From Phyllobates terribilis (taxonomy: Eukaryota), in NCBI RefSeq assembly GCF_046119375.1, contig NW_027362769.1:359662001-359726000 (forward strand): DNA of 64,000 nucleotides, given 5' to 3'. The translations under genes were made by a program, and so were the position numbers. Below are positions 29,050-43,289 of the stretch, in pieces (position 1 is the first letter of the stretch; the number at the start of each line of letters is the position of its first letter). The notes below the pieces were generated by a model. It did not search any database, was not told the origin of the DNA, and saw nothing but the letters and a program-made list of their open reading frames with translations.

Positions 29050-29706
29050 ATGGCCGAGACCGCACCAGCCGCCGCTCCCCCTCCTGCAGAACCGGCCGCC
29101 AAATCCAAGAAACAGCCGAAGAAATCCGCCGCCGGGGACGCCAAGAAAAGCAAGAATCCCTCCGGTCCCAGCGTCGCCGATCTGATCGTGAAAGCCGTGT
29201 CCGCCTCTAAGGAGCGCAGTGGGGTGTCTCTGGTCGCCCTGAAGAAGGCTCTGTCTGCCGGAGGATACGATGTAGAGAAGAACAACAGCCGCCTGAAGCT
29301 GGCCGTCAAGTCTCTGGTCACCAAGGGCGCCCTCCTCCAGGTGAAGGGCAGCGGCGCCTCCGGGTCCTTCAAGCTGAACAAGAAGCAGCAGGAGACTAAG
29401 GACAAAGCGGCCAAGAAGAAGTCAGCAGCTGCGGCCAAGCCCAAGAAACCCGCTGCAGCCAAGAAAGCCGCCAAGTCTCCTAAGAAGCCCAAGAAGGCTC
29501 CGACCGCGGCCAAGAAGAGCCCGAAAAAGGCCAAGAAGCCCGCAGCAGCTGCCAAGAAGGCGGCCAAGAGCCCCAAGAAGCCAAAGGCCGCTCCGAAGCC
29601 CAAGAAGGTGACGAAGAGTCCGGCTAAGAAAGCTGCTAAACCCAAAGCTGCCAAGAGTCCTGCTAAGAAGGCAGCTAAAGCCAAGAAGCCCGCAGCTAAG
29701 AAATAA
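29050..29706 (+). CDS. H1: Replication-dependent linker histone H1, 218 aa
   Basis: [11 protein letters not shown]..., globular domain (KERSGVSL...[17 protein letters not shown]...[12 protein letters not shown]), Lys/Ala/Pro tail with SPKK motifs. Intronless, followed by a stem-loop. Confidence 0.97.
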   Translation: MAETAPAAAPPPAEPAAKSKKQPKKSAAGDAKKSKNPSGPSVADLIVKAVSASKERSGVSLVALKKALSAGGYDVEKNNSRLKLAVKSLVTKGALLQVKGSGASGSFKLNKKQQETKDKAAKKKSAAAAKPKKPAAAKKAAKSPKKPKKAPTAAKKSPKKAKKPAAAAKKAAKSPKKPKAAPKPKKVTKSPAKKAAKPKAAKSPAKKAAKAKKPAAKK

Positions 29707-29736
29707 TCCAAAGCCGCCCTGTTATTACCCCACAAA

Positions 29737-29778
29737 GGCTCTTTTTAGAGCCACCACCTTGTCCCCGGCAGAGCTGTA
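29737..29778 (+). terminator. H1 3' stem-loop and histone downstream element
   Basis: GGCTCT-TTTT-AGAGCC 29737-29752; AGAGCTGTA 29770-29778. Confidence 0.95.
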
Positions 29779-31530
29779 TGATCAGTGCCACCACCTTGTC
29801 CCCGGCAGCGCTGTATGATCAGTGCCACCACCTTGTCCCCGGCAGAGCTGTATTATCAGAGCCACCACCTTGTCCCCTCCCTGCAGAGCTGTATGATAAG
29901 TGCCACCACCTTGTCCCCGGCAGCGCTGTATGATCAGTGCCACCACCTTGTCCCCGGCAGCGCTGTATGATCAGTGCCACCACCTTGTCCCCGGCAGCGC
30001 TGTATGATCAGTGCCACCACCTTGTCCCCGGCAGAGCTGTATGATCAGTGCCACCACTTTGTCCCCGGCAGAGCTGTATGATCAGTGCCACCACCTTGTC
30101 CCCGGCAGAGCTGTATGATCAGTGCCACCACCTTGTCCCCGGCAGAGCTGTATGATCAGTGCCACCACCTTGTCCCCGGCAGAGCTGTATGATCAGTGCC
30201 ACCACCTTGTCCCCGGCAGAGCTGTATTTTCAGTGCCACCACCTTGTCCCCGGCAGCGCTGTATGATCAGTGCCACCACCTTGTCCCCGGCAGAGCTGTA
30301 TGATCAGTGCCACCACCTTGTCCCCGGCAGAGCTGTATGATCAGTGCCACCACCTTGTCCCCGGCAGAGCTGTATGATCAGTGCCACCACCTTGTCCCCG
30401 GCAGAGCTGTATTTTCAGTGCCACCACCTTGTCCCCGCCAGAGCTGTATGATCAGTGCCACCACCTTGTCCCCGCCAGAGCTGTATGATCAGTGCCACCA
30501 CCTTGTCCCCGGCAGAGCTGTATGATTAGTGCCACCACCTTGTCCCCGGCAGAGCTGTATTTTCAGTGCCACCACCTTGTCCCCGGCAGAGCTGTATTTT
30601 CAGTGCCACCACCTTGTCCCCGGCAGAGCTGTATGATCAGTGCCACCACCTTGTCCCCGGCAGAGCTGTATGATCAGAGCCACCACCTTGTCCCCTCCCT
30701 GCAGAGCTGTATAATCAGTGCCATCATCTTGTCCCCGGCAGAGCTGTATGATCAGAGCCACCACCTTGTCCCCTGCAGAGCTGTATAATCAGTGCCATCA
30801 TCTTGTCCCCGGCAGAGCTGTATGATCAGTGCCACCACCTTGTCCCCTGCAGAGCTGTATAATCAGTGCCATCATCTTGTCCCCGGCAGAGCTGTATGAT
30901 CAGAGCCACCACCTTGTCCCCTGCAGAGCTGTATAATCAGTGCCACCACCTTGTCCCCGGCAGAGCTGTATAAGTGCCACCACCTTGTCCTCTGCAGAGC
31001 TGTATAATCAGTGCCACCACCTTGTCCCCGGCAGAGCTGTATAAGTGCCACCACCTTGTCCCCGGCAGAGCTGTATGATCAGTGCCACCACCTTGTCCCC
31101 GGCAGAGCTGTATGATCAGTGCCACCACCTTGTCCCCGGCAGAGCTGTATGATCAGAGCCACCACCTTGTCCCCGGCAGAGCTGTATGATCAGTGCCACC
31201 ACCTTGTCCCCGGCAGAGCTGTATGATCTGTGCTACCACCTTGTCCCCGGCAGAGCTGTATGATCAGTGCCACCACCTTGTCCCCTGCAGAGCTGTATGA
31301 TCAGTGCCACCACCTTGTCCCCGGCAGAGCTGTATGTTCAGTGCTACCACCTTGTCCCCGGCAGAGCTGTATGATCAGTGCCACCACCTTGTCCCCTGCA
31401 GAGCTGTATGATCAGTGCCACCACCTTGTCCCCGGCTGAGCTGTATTATCAGTGCCATCATCTTGTCCCCGGCAGAGCTGTATGATCAGTGCCATCATCT
31501 TGTCCCCGGCAGATCTGTATGATCAGTGCC
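29750..31530 (+). repeat. 37-bp minisatellite (~48 units) built from the H1 3'-processing region
   Basis: Unit GCCACCACCTTGTCCCCGGCAGAGCTGTATGATCAGT; the first unit overlaps the right arm of the stem-loop. Confidence 0.95.
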
Positions 31531-32019
31531 CGTATATCCTGCCGCTTCTAGATTATAGTGTGTACAGGGAGCTGCTCCAGTGTTATAATGAATAAGCTTT
31601 TCCCCACATCTCCGCATAGAGCTGCGCTGTGTCCCGATCACACCAGTGCAGGTGACCGATCAGTGTAATCAATGGAGGGAAGGGGCCGATGTCCTACAGA
31701 AATCTAATTCTTACATCATTCTAATCAATCACCACTTGTAACCTGCGTCTTTATTAGTGAAAGGATTAGTGTGCGGTTATTACTTCGATGTGAGAATTGG
31801 AGAACCAGTGATTTGACTGATGATAGAGTAGACCCTGTACAGCTCCGTGTACTGGTGACATAGAAGAACAGTGACGACGGCGGCTCCTGCTGTAGAAGCC
31901 GCATGTAGACATGGTGTGACCCTGTGCCAGTATCCGCAGCCAGAAAAGAGAGAACAGAGACCATGCCCCTCTTTTTGAGGGCGGGATTAATGGGCGTTGC
32001 GATGATTTTGTGAATAATG

Positions 32020-32593
<574 letters not shown>

Positions 32594-32622
32594 ATCCGTC
32601 CTACACGTCTGACTATAACAAA

Positions 32623-32665
32623 GGCTCTTTTCAGAGCCACCAAATCCTCCATAATAACGAGCTGA
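32623..32665 (+). terminator. H3 3' stem-loop and downstream element
   Basis: GGCTCT-TTTC-AGAGCC 32623-32638; GAGCTG near 32660. Confidence 0.93.
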
Positions 32666-33461
32666 TCCCTCATCTGCTTCATATTCTGCTGAGTGTTCAC
32701 TTGTGCTCAGTAACATCAGGGGCGCTCAGCTCTCTTCTCAGTCTGCAGTTGGTATCTGGGGGGATTATTCCCTCCAATGCCGTTATAAGGGTGTGTAGAA
32801 ATGATCTGATGACTACACGAAGTACATTCTACTCATTCAACCACTTAATATTCGTATCCCCACTAGTTTTCGCACCGATCCTGCCGCACATCCAATAATA
32901 TCAGCTTTATTTAATGTATTAGGAGTCTGGACTGTGTTTTGAAGGAATAAATGCGCAGATTTCTTGGTGTATATGATGCGATCATTATAGGACGTCCATT
33001 ATCCAGCGCTATCTCCTGTGAACACTCGCTGACTCCTATCAGCCGCACGGGTCTGATCCTGGAAACGCATCAGGGTTAAGAGACTAATATCCTCTGCAGC
33101 TCTGTAGTAGGTTTATCTAGATAATATTAACCTACATTTTATAAAATCCCCGCCTCCTTTCAAAGTTTTCTGTAAACTGCAGTATCTCGTTTCTTTATAT
33201 TCCCGGCACTCGGAATATTGCTGGTGTGATGGAGTCACCATTGTTAGAATCAGTTCTGCACTTTGTGTTATAGAAAGCGGATACTGTTCCCTGGATCCTG
33301 GAAATGATAGAAATTCCTGTATGGAACCAAGAGACCATTGATCGCTCAACACAAGCAAATTTTCTGATATCCGACCGTCCTGAAACCACGTGATCCAGAA
33401 GGACAAAGAACAGAAAAAGCCATCAGCCCCTGAGCGGGAACTTCCTATTCGGTAACTATTA

Positions 33462-33548
33462 ACATTAGCTCCTCCCCTTCCTCTGCTGATTGGCTGAACA
33501 CAGGACGTTAGGGAGTTTGAATTTCCCGCTCCTTGTAGTTTCCGCAGC
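33462..33548 (-). promoter_or_regulatory. Inverted copy of the H4 upstream promoter segment
   Basis: Reverse complement aligns with 34461-34548, including AGCGGGAAATTCAAACTCCC and CTGTGTTCAGCCAATCAGCAGAGGAAGG. Confidence 0.8.
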
Positions 33549-34460
33549 TTCTACATGTAATTGTGTTACTACTTCTGCTGTGAAGAGAAGTGTCCGGTCT
33601 ATAGATAAACTCCACTGACCACATTCATGTAATCACCTTCCAGATCACAGTGTATTCTCCATTGGATATGGGACCACTGGAATGAGAATCAATCAGCTGC
33701 TCAGTGATTTTGTTATTTATACGGTTCCTTTTTTATTTGCCCAATCTGAGCTGTTGTCTTTATCTTCTACAGGAAGATAACAAATGTTCTCTAAATGCAA
33801 ATCCTCAAATGAAGAAACAAGTGATATCTGAGTTTTATGATCTCTGTCAATTACAATACAAGTGTTATTAGGAGAAAGTAAATATTGTCATTTCTGATGA
33901 GCGGAAAATCCCAGTGGTGGCAAAATATTAAGTATCTGAGCAGTGCTGCTGACCGCGGCTTCCTCCCTGCACTGTCCTTAGAAGAGGCAATAATCCTGGC
34001 TGCCACAATCCTCCTCTGATCGTGTCCAGGCATGGTCACATGCTGCTGCTCCTGGCAAATCACCGCACCCCAAGAGCAATTCTATCAGAAGTGACAAGCC
34101 CGTTTTGGAAACGTCACAGAGCTCAGTCAGGATCCTATAGATTAGTCACCGGGAGCAGCCAGAATGTCACATGTATTAATACATGTAGATTGTACAGAAT
34201 GAAGCCATGGCAAGGGATGATGAGGGGAGTAGTAAGATGTGGAAATGACCATGGAGATGTGAATAGCATGTTAGGAATATGCTGGTATGATGGAAGTGGG
34301 GGTTAATCACTGTCAGTGCCGCTATCTGTATATTCAGCAGTGATCTGATGCTTCTGCTCAGCTTCATCTCACTTGCAGGAGGTTGGTGTCGTGTCTGCCC
34401 TTTTATTTATAGACTGTATCTGACACATTTCTCATCACAGGGAAAAGATATATATTAGAC

Positions 34461-34982
<522 letters not shown>

Positions 34983-35014
34983 TTGTATTCTCTGCTCCAT
35001 CCTGACAACCCAAA

Positions 35015-35030
35015 GGCTCTTTTTAGAGCC
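35015..35030 (+). terminator. H4 3' stem-loop
   Basis: GGCTCT-TTTT-AGAGCC followed by ACCA. Confidence 0.95.
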
Positions 35031-35300
35031 ACCACATCTTCTAAGTGAGAGGCTACAATCTCCTGTTGCTGTGCCGGGAGCTGATCTCTACTGTGCACTG
35101 GTGATCTCTGTATTCTGGCTGGTGGGTCGCTCAGGTGTCCGGTTCTCATCAGTGTTAGTTTTGTTCTTCCCATATTGGGGAGAACGGCGGACAGTAATTC
35201 TAACACTAGTGGGATAACGCTGATCCGCGGTTACTACAGACCATTGGATCTAGGTCCTGCGGTGATAAGAATGTGACTCTACTACATATTTCCACATCAG

Positions 35301-38170
35301 ATTATTATTATTATAGCGCCATTTATTCCATGGCACTTTACATGTGAAGAAGGGGTATGCATACAAGAGCAATTACAATAATCTTGAACACCATGTGATG
35401 GCGACTGGTACAAGAGGAGCGAGGACCCTGCCTGCGATGGCTCAGTCTACAAGGAATGGGTGAGGATACAGTAGGTGAGGGTAGAGCTGGTCGTGCAGCA
35501 TTATTTGTGGAGTGGTGGTTACTGCAGGTTGTAGGCTTGTCGGAAGAGGTGGGTCTTCAGGCTCTTTTTGAAGGTTTCCACGGTCGACGAGAGTCTGATG
35601 TGTTGGGGTAGAGAGTTCCAGAGTAGGGGAGACGCACGGGAGAAATCTTGTATGTGATTGTGGGAAGGGGCGATAAGAGGGGAGTAGAGAAGGAGATCTT
35701 GTGAGGATCGGAGGTTGCGTGCGGGTATGTTGCGGGAGAGTAGGCAAGATATATGTGGAGGAGACAGGTTGTGAATGGCTTTGTATGTCATGGTTAGGGA
35801 TTTTAACTGGAGTCTCTGTTCAATGGGGAGCCAGTGAAGAGATTGACAGAGAGGAGAGGCTGGGGGAAAAGTGGATTAGTCAATGGGCAGCCATTGACGT
35901 TGATAGGTCAGTTGGTGGGGTTGAATGAGATGGCGGAAAGATGATGAATTCTGTTTTGTCTATGTTAAGTTTTAGAAATCTAGCAGAGAAAAAGGATGAA
36001 ATAGCAGACAGACATTGTGGGATTTTGGTTAGTAAGGAGGTGATATCAGGTCCAAAGAGGCAGATCTGTGTGTCGTCAGCATAGAGGTGATAATGAAAGC
36101 CATGAGACTCTATGAGCTGTCCCAGGCCTAAGGTGTAGATGGAGATGAGCAGGGGTCCTAGAACTGAACCTTGGGGGACACCGACAGATAGGGGGTGAGA
36201 TGAGGAGGTGGTCTGTGAGTGAGAGACACTGAATGTCCTGTCTGTTAGATATGAGGAGATCCAGGATAGGGCCCAGTTTGTGATGCCGAGAGATGAGAGT
36301 TTTTAGTAAGAGGGAATGGTCCACTGTGTCGAAGGCAGATGACAGGTCTTAAAGGAGGACAGAATAGTGTCGCTTATATTTGGCGGTTAGTAGGTCGTTG
36401 GTAACTTTGGTCAGTGCAGTTTCAGTAGAATGGTGTGGTCGAAGAGGGAGCAGGAGGAGAGGTGGGAGGACAGCTCAGAATGGACGTGTTGTTCCAGTAG
36501 TTTTGAGGCATAGGGGAGAAGTGATATGGGGCGATAGCTAGACAGAGAGGTTGGGTCAAGGGAGGGCTTTTTGAGGATGGGTGTGATTGAGGCATGTTTG
36601 AAGCATGAGGGTAAGACACCAGTTGTTAGTGACAAGTTGAAGAGGAGGGATAGCGCTGGGATGAAGATAGTGGTAAGGTTTGGGATGAGGTGGGACGGGA
36701 TTGGGTCAAGTTTACAGGTGGTGAGGTGTGATTTGGAAAGCAAAGAGGAAAGTTGATCTTCCGTAATGGTGAAGAGTGTGGTTTTGAAGGAGGAAGGTTG
36801 AGTAGGTGTGGGGAGGGGCTGTGGGGGCTTTAGGCAAAAGCTTTGTCTGATGGTGTCAATCTTCTGTTTGAAGAATGAGGCAAAGTCTTCGGCTGAAATA
36901 AGAGGAGAGGAAGGAGGCACTGGGGGACGGAGGAGAGAATTGAAGGTGTTGAATAGTTGTTTGGGGTTGTGAGACAGGTAGGATATGAGAGATGTGAAGT
37001 ATGTTTGCTTTGCTGCAGTGAGTGTGGACTTGAAGGTAGTGAGAGACTGTTTGAATGCGACGAAGTGCTCATTGGAGTGGGACCTTTTCCATCTACGATC
37101 AGCAACCCTGGAGGCCCGTCGCAGTTCTTTAGTTAGGCTGGTGTGCAAGGGTTGTCTGTTGATTGTGCGGGCTTTGGTATGTGTGAGGGGGTCGACCGAA
37201 TCGAGAGCTGCAGCTGTTGTGGTGTTGTATAAAGTGGCTGCAACATCTGCATCATGTAAGGAACAAATGTCTGTAAGAAGGAGAAGGGATTCAGAGAGTG
37301 AGTGTAGGTCAAGGTGTTTGAGATTTCTGCGAGGGTATGCAAGTTTGTGAAGTGGGGATTGTTGCCCTGGACAGGAGAGGGTAGAGAATGTAAGTAGGTT
37401 GTGGTCAGAGAGAGGGAGAGGTGAGTTAGAGAGGTTAGATGGGGAACAGAGGCTGGAGAAGATAAGGTCCAGCGTGTGGCCGTCTTTGTGGGTGGGTGTG
37501 GAAGACCACTGGGTAAGACCAAAGGAGGAAGTGAGGGAGTGAAGCTTAGAGGCAGCTGAGAGGGAAGTGTCAATGGGGATGTTGAAGTCACCCATGAGGA
37601 TAGTGGGGAAGTCAACGGAGAGGAAATGAAGTAGCCAAGTGGTGAAGTGGTCAAAGAAAGTGGTTAGTGGTCAAATAAAGTGGTGGCTGATCCTGGGGGG
37701 CGGTAGATGACAGCCAGTTGGAGGGGGAGTAGATGCGCACGCAGTGCACTTCAAAAGAGGGGAGAGAAATTGAGGATGGCAGTGGAATATGGGTGAAGAA
37801 GCAGTTATCTGAGAGGAGAAAACCTATTCCTCCACCGTGCTTGCCGGTGGGGCGAGGGGTATGGGAGAGGTGGAATCCGCCATACGAAAGTGCAGCAGGA
37901 GAGGCCGTGTCAGAGGGGGTGAGCCAGGTTTCAGTGATGCTGAGGAAGGAAAGCTTGTTGGTGATGAAGAGGTCGTGAATGTAGGAAAGTTTGTTGCAGA
38001 CGGAGCGAGCGTTCCATAGAGCTCCTTTTAGGGGGATTGGGGAAGTGGGGGCTGGGCGGATGGGTATAAGGTTAGAACGGTTACGAGAGTTTGGGATAGA
38101 TCGTCGCTAGGAGGTGGAAGTGACTGTGGGGATGTGGTGAGGATCTGTAGCTCCAGTGACTCCACATTCT
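35301..38170 (-). mobile_element. L2-clade LINE, degenerate (endonuclease + RT)
   Basis: (ATT)n tail at 35301. Minus-strand MGDFNIPID, THKDGHTLDL, SDHNLL (APE) and SYRPISLLPYASKLLE (RT). The left end is precise; the right end is approximate. Confidence 0.9.
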
Positions 38171-39592
38171 CTAGGTTTCCCGGATTAGGGGAGCAGTATT
38201 CACTGATGGAAGACTCGGGGTTCAGCAACGCTCTGGTCACTGGTTGATGCATATATTGTAGTCGCTCTATCCAGATGCTGGGATGTGCCCTGTGTGATCT
38301 GGAGACTGGCATCCTTTTCTGCAGATTGCAGCACATTCAGTTTGTGGACAAAGATCCTGACCAGGGAAGACTAACCTGCCTTTCCAATTGGATCCCTTTC
38401 TTGAATTACGCCCCCACCTCCAATGGGGAGTTCGTTTTTTTTTCTCTGTATAAAAACCTAAGATTCTGCAGTTATTGGGCCCTGATTAGTACCAGGCTCA
38501 GTGTATATGCAGGGTACGAGATCCTTTGTGCGGCTGCCTGTAATATTGGTAGCTGCTACAGCCTGGGACGTGTCTGTTATACACTCCTGACATGTACTGG
38601 TGTGTCTGCTCCGCAGTCTTTCACTTCTGGAGCTGACACCGCTGACTTTGGGTGATGTGATGTGTCTTCTTATGGATCTATAACAAATATTACACACATT
38701 GGATGCGGGGGAGTGGTGATACATATAGCTCTGTGCACACAGCTCATACCCTGCTGTGATGCGATTATTACAGAACAGAAATCCAAGTCTTGCCATGAGA
38801 TGAATGTGTTGATTCTGCTACATGATATTTTTTTCAGATCAGTGTAGAACGCAGGGGCAGCGAATATTCACTGCATGAGGCAGCTGGATAGATGGCCGCC
38901 CTGTGTACCCGGTATGTAGACTCCAATGTGATGACCGCGGATCTGTTTAGCCAATGAGTAGTAACCAGATATAGGGGTTTCCTCCTCCGTTTAACTCCTT
39001 AGTGGCCGTGTGACTGCTGATCACACACATGATTTACTCAAGCGGCTCCTTCCCCCACTACAGACCCGCAGCGCTCACATCAGGCTCCTGGTAGAACATG
39101 AGAGACTTGTCTTAGTCTGTGGTGGGATCGGAACCGACACCACAGGGAATCCGCAAAGAATAATACGCGGGTGAGTGAGGAGCCTCCTGCACGTGTAGAT
39201 GGAGCGGAGAAGCATCAGATCACTGCTGGATATACAGATAACGGCATTGATTGGAATTAACCCCCTCTCCCCCTACATGAGGATTGTGTGGAGCGCAGAA
39301 AACCCAAGCAAAGTAATCGTCCGATTTATAGGTTTTATGGAATAAAAGACATAATGACTGGACTCCATGCTTAATCTTCCCCTATGCAAATATTTACCAG
39401 TCATCCCTTGTACACTGCTGAATATACTAGATCACTGCACCATCACCACACCAGTAACATGTAGCAGGATCTACCTGTGCATTTAATGCTTCTACTCTAT
39501 AGTAAACAATGTATCGTGTAGTTCAATCTGACGCTGCAGGGGATGGTTCTCTTATCCACCAGCGGTGCCGGCTCTGATGAGGAGGATGTGGT

Positions 39593-39608
39593 GGCTCTTA
39601 GAAGAGCC
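39593..39608 (-). terminator. H2A 3' stem-loop
   Basis: Minus strand GGCTCT-TCTA-AGAGCC; CAGAGCCG downstream. Confidence 0.93.
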
Positions 39609-39642
39609 TTTGGTTGTTCGGACAGATGTGGAGGAGCGGCGC

Positions 39643-40751
<1,109 letters not shown>

Positions 40752-40785
40752 NNNNNTCCGTCTGCTGCTCCGCCATCACCCCAAA

Positions 40786-40801
40786 GGCTCTTCTAAGAGC
40801 C
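40786..40801 (+). terminator. H2B 3' stem-loop
   Basis: GGCTCT-TCTA-AGAGCC followed by ACCA. Confidence 0.93.
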
Positions 40802-40816
40802 ACCACCCTGTCTACA

Positions 40817-43106
40817 TAGAGCAGCCTGTACAGTATATAGAGCTGCGTGTATAGTATATAGAGTAGTGTGTATAGTATATAGAACTGCCTGTACAGTATA
40901 TAGAGCAGTGTGTACAGTATATAGAACTGCCTGTACAGTTTATAGAGCAGGGTGTACAGTATATAGAGCTGCCTGTACAGTATATAGAGCAGTGTGTATA
41001 GTATATAGAGCAGAGTGTACAGTATATAGAGCTGCCTGTACAGTATATAGAGCTGTGTGTATAGTATATAGAGTAGTGTGTACAGTATATAGAGCAGCCT
41101 GTACAATATATAGAGCAGCCTGTACAGTATATAGAGCAGTGTGTACAGTATATAGAGCAGTGTGTACAGTATATAGAGCAGCCTGTACAGTATATAGAGC
41201 AGTGTGTACAGTATATAGAGCAGTCTGTATAGTATATAGAGCAGTGTGTATAGTATATAGAGCAGCCTATACAGTATATAGAGTAGTGTGTATAGTATAT
41301 AGAGCAGTGTGTACAGTATATAGAGTAGTGTGTATAGTATATAGAGCAGCCTATACAGTATATAGAGCAGTGTGTACAGTATATAGAGTAGTGTGTATAG
41401 TATATAGAGCAGTGTGTACAGTATATAGAGCAGTTTGTACAGTATATAGAGCAGCCTGTACAGTATATAGAGCAGTGTGTACAGTATATAGAGCAGTGTG
41501 TATAGTATATAGAGCAGTGTGTACAGTATATAGAGTAGTGTGTATAGTATATAGAGCAGCCTATACAGTATATAGAGCAGTGTGTACAGTATATAGAGTA
41601 GTGTGTATAGTATATAGAGCAGTGTGTACAGTATATAGAGCAGTGTGTACAGTATATAGAGCAGCCTGTACAGTATATAGAGCAGTGTGTACAGTATATA
41701 GAGCAGTGTGTATAGTATATAGAGCAGCCTATACAGTATATAGAGCAGTGTGTACAGTATATAGAGCAGTGTGTACAGTATATAGAGTAGCCTGTACAGT
41801 ATAAAGAGCTGCCTGTACAGTATATAGAGCAGCCTATACAGTATATAGAGCAGTGTGTACAGTATATAGAGCAGTGTGTATAGTATATAGAGCAGCCTGT
41901 ACAGTATATAGAGCTGCCTGTACAGTATATAGAGCAGTGTGTACAGTATATAGAGCAGTGTGTACAGTATATAGAGCAGCCTGTACAGTATATAGTGCAG
42001 TGTGTACAGTATATAGAGCAGTGTGTATAGTATATAGAGCAGCCTGTACAGTATATAGAGCTGCGTGTATAGTATATAGAGTAGTGTGTATAGTATATAG
42101 AGCAGCCTATACAGTATATAGAGCAGTATGTACAGTATATAGAGCAGTGTGTACAGTATATAGAGCTGTGTGTTCAGTATATAGAGCTGCCTGTACAGTA
42201 TATAGAGCTGTGTGTATAGTTTATAGAGTAGCGTGTACAGTATATAGAGCAGCCTGTACAATATATAGAGCAGTGTGTACAGTATATAGAGCAGCCTGTA
42301 CAGTATATAGGGCAGCCTATACAGTATATAGAGCAGTGTGTACAGTATATAGAGTAGTGTGTATAGTATATAGAGCAGCCTATACAGTATATAGAGCAGT
42401 GTGTACAGTATATAGAGTAGTGTGTATAGTATATAGAGCAGCCTATACAGTATATAGAGCAGTGTGTACAGTATATAGAGTAGTGTGTATAGTATATAGA
42501 GCAGCCTATACAGTATATAGAGCAGTGTGTACAGTATATAGAGTAGTGTGTATAGTATATAGAGCAGCCTATACAGTATATAGAGCAGTGTGTACAGTAT
42601 ATAGAGCAGTGTGTACAGTATATAGAGCAGCGTGTACAGTATATAGAGCAGCCTGTACAGTATGTAGAGCAGTGTGTACAGTATATAGAGCAGCCTGTAC
42701 AGTATATAGAGCAGTGTGTATAGTATATAGAGCAGCCTGTACAGTATATAGAGCAGCGTGTACAGTATATAGAGCAGTGTGTACAGTATATAGAGCAGTG
42801 TGTACAGTATATAGAGCTGCCTGTACAGTATATAGAGCAGCGTGTGCAGTATATAGAGCAGTGTGTATAGTATATAGAGCTGCCTGTACAGTATGTAGAC
42901 CAGTGTGTACAGTATATAGAGCAGCCTGTACAGTATATAGAGCAGGGTGTACAGTATATAGAGCAGAGTGTACAGTATATAGAGCAGCCTGTACAGTATA
43001 TAGAGCTGCCTTTACAGTATATAGAGCTGTGTGTACAGTATATAGAGCTGCCTGTACAGTATATAGAGCTGCCTGTACAGTATATAGAGCAGTGTGTACA
43101 GTATAT
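40817..43106 (+). repeat. 21-bp minisatellite, first block (~109 units)
   Basis: Units TGTGTACAGTATATAGAGCAG and CCTGTACAGTATATAGAGC(A/T)G; starts 15 nt after the H2B stem-loop. Confidence 0.97.
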
Positions 43107-43289
43107 TACTAATTTAAACCCACCTAACCTCCCAAACCCCCCAAATCACCCAATCCAACCCCTGATGACTATTGAAGTCACACAACCTATAGCCACTCCC
43201 ACCACTTTAAATAATAGATTTGACTTTCTAGAAACTATTAATGAATCTCCATTCAACGAGGAAGACCAACCAGACATGGCCTCCAATAA

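Noticed and set aside
28743-29735. 330-aa ORF antisense to H1
   Set aside because: Expected shadow of Lys/Ala/Pro codon usage; no independent signals.
29750-31530. CRISPR-like 37-bp repeat (likewise the 43-bp repeat)
   Set aside because: Units are contiguous with no unique spacers, there are no cas genes, and the context is vertebrate.
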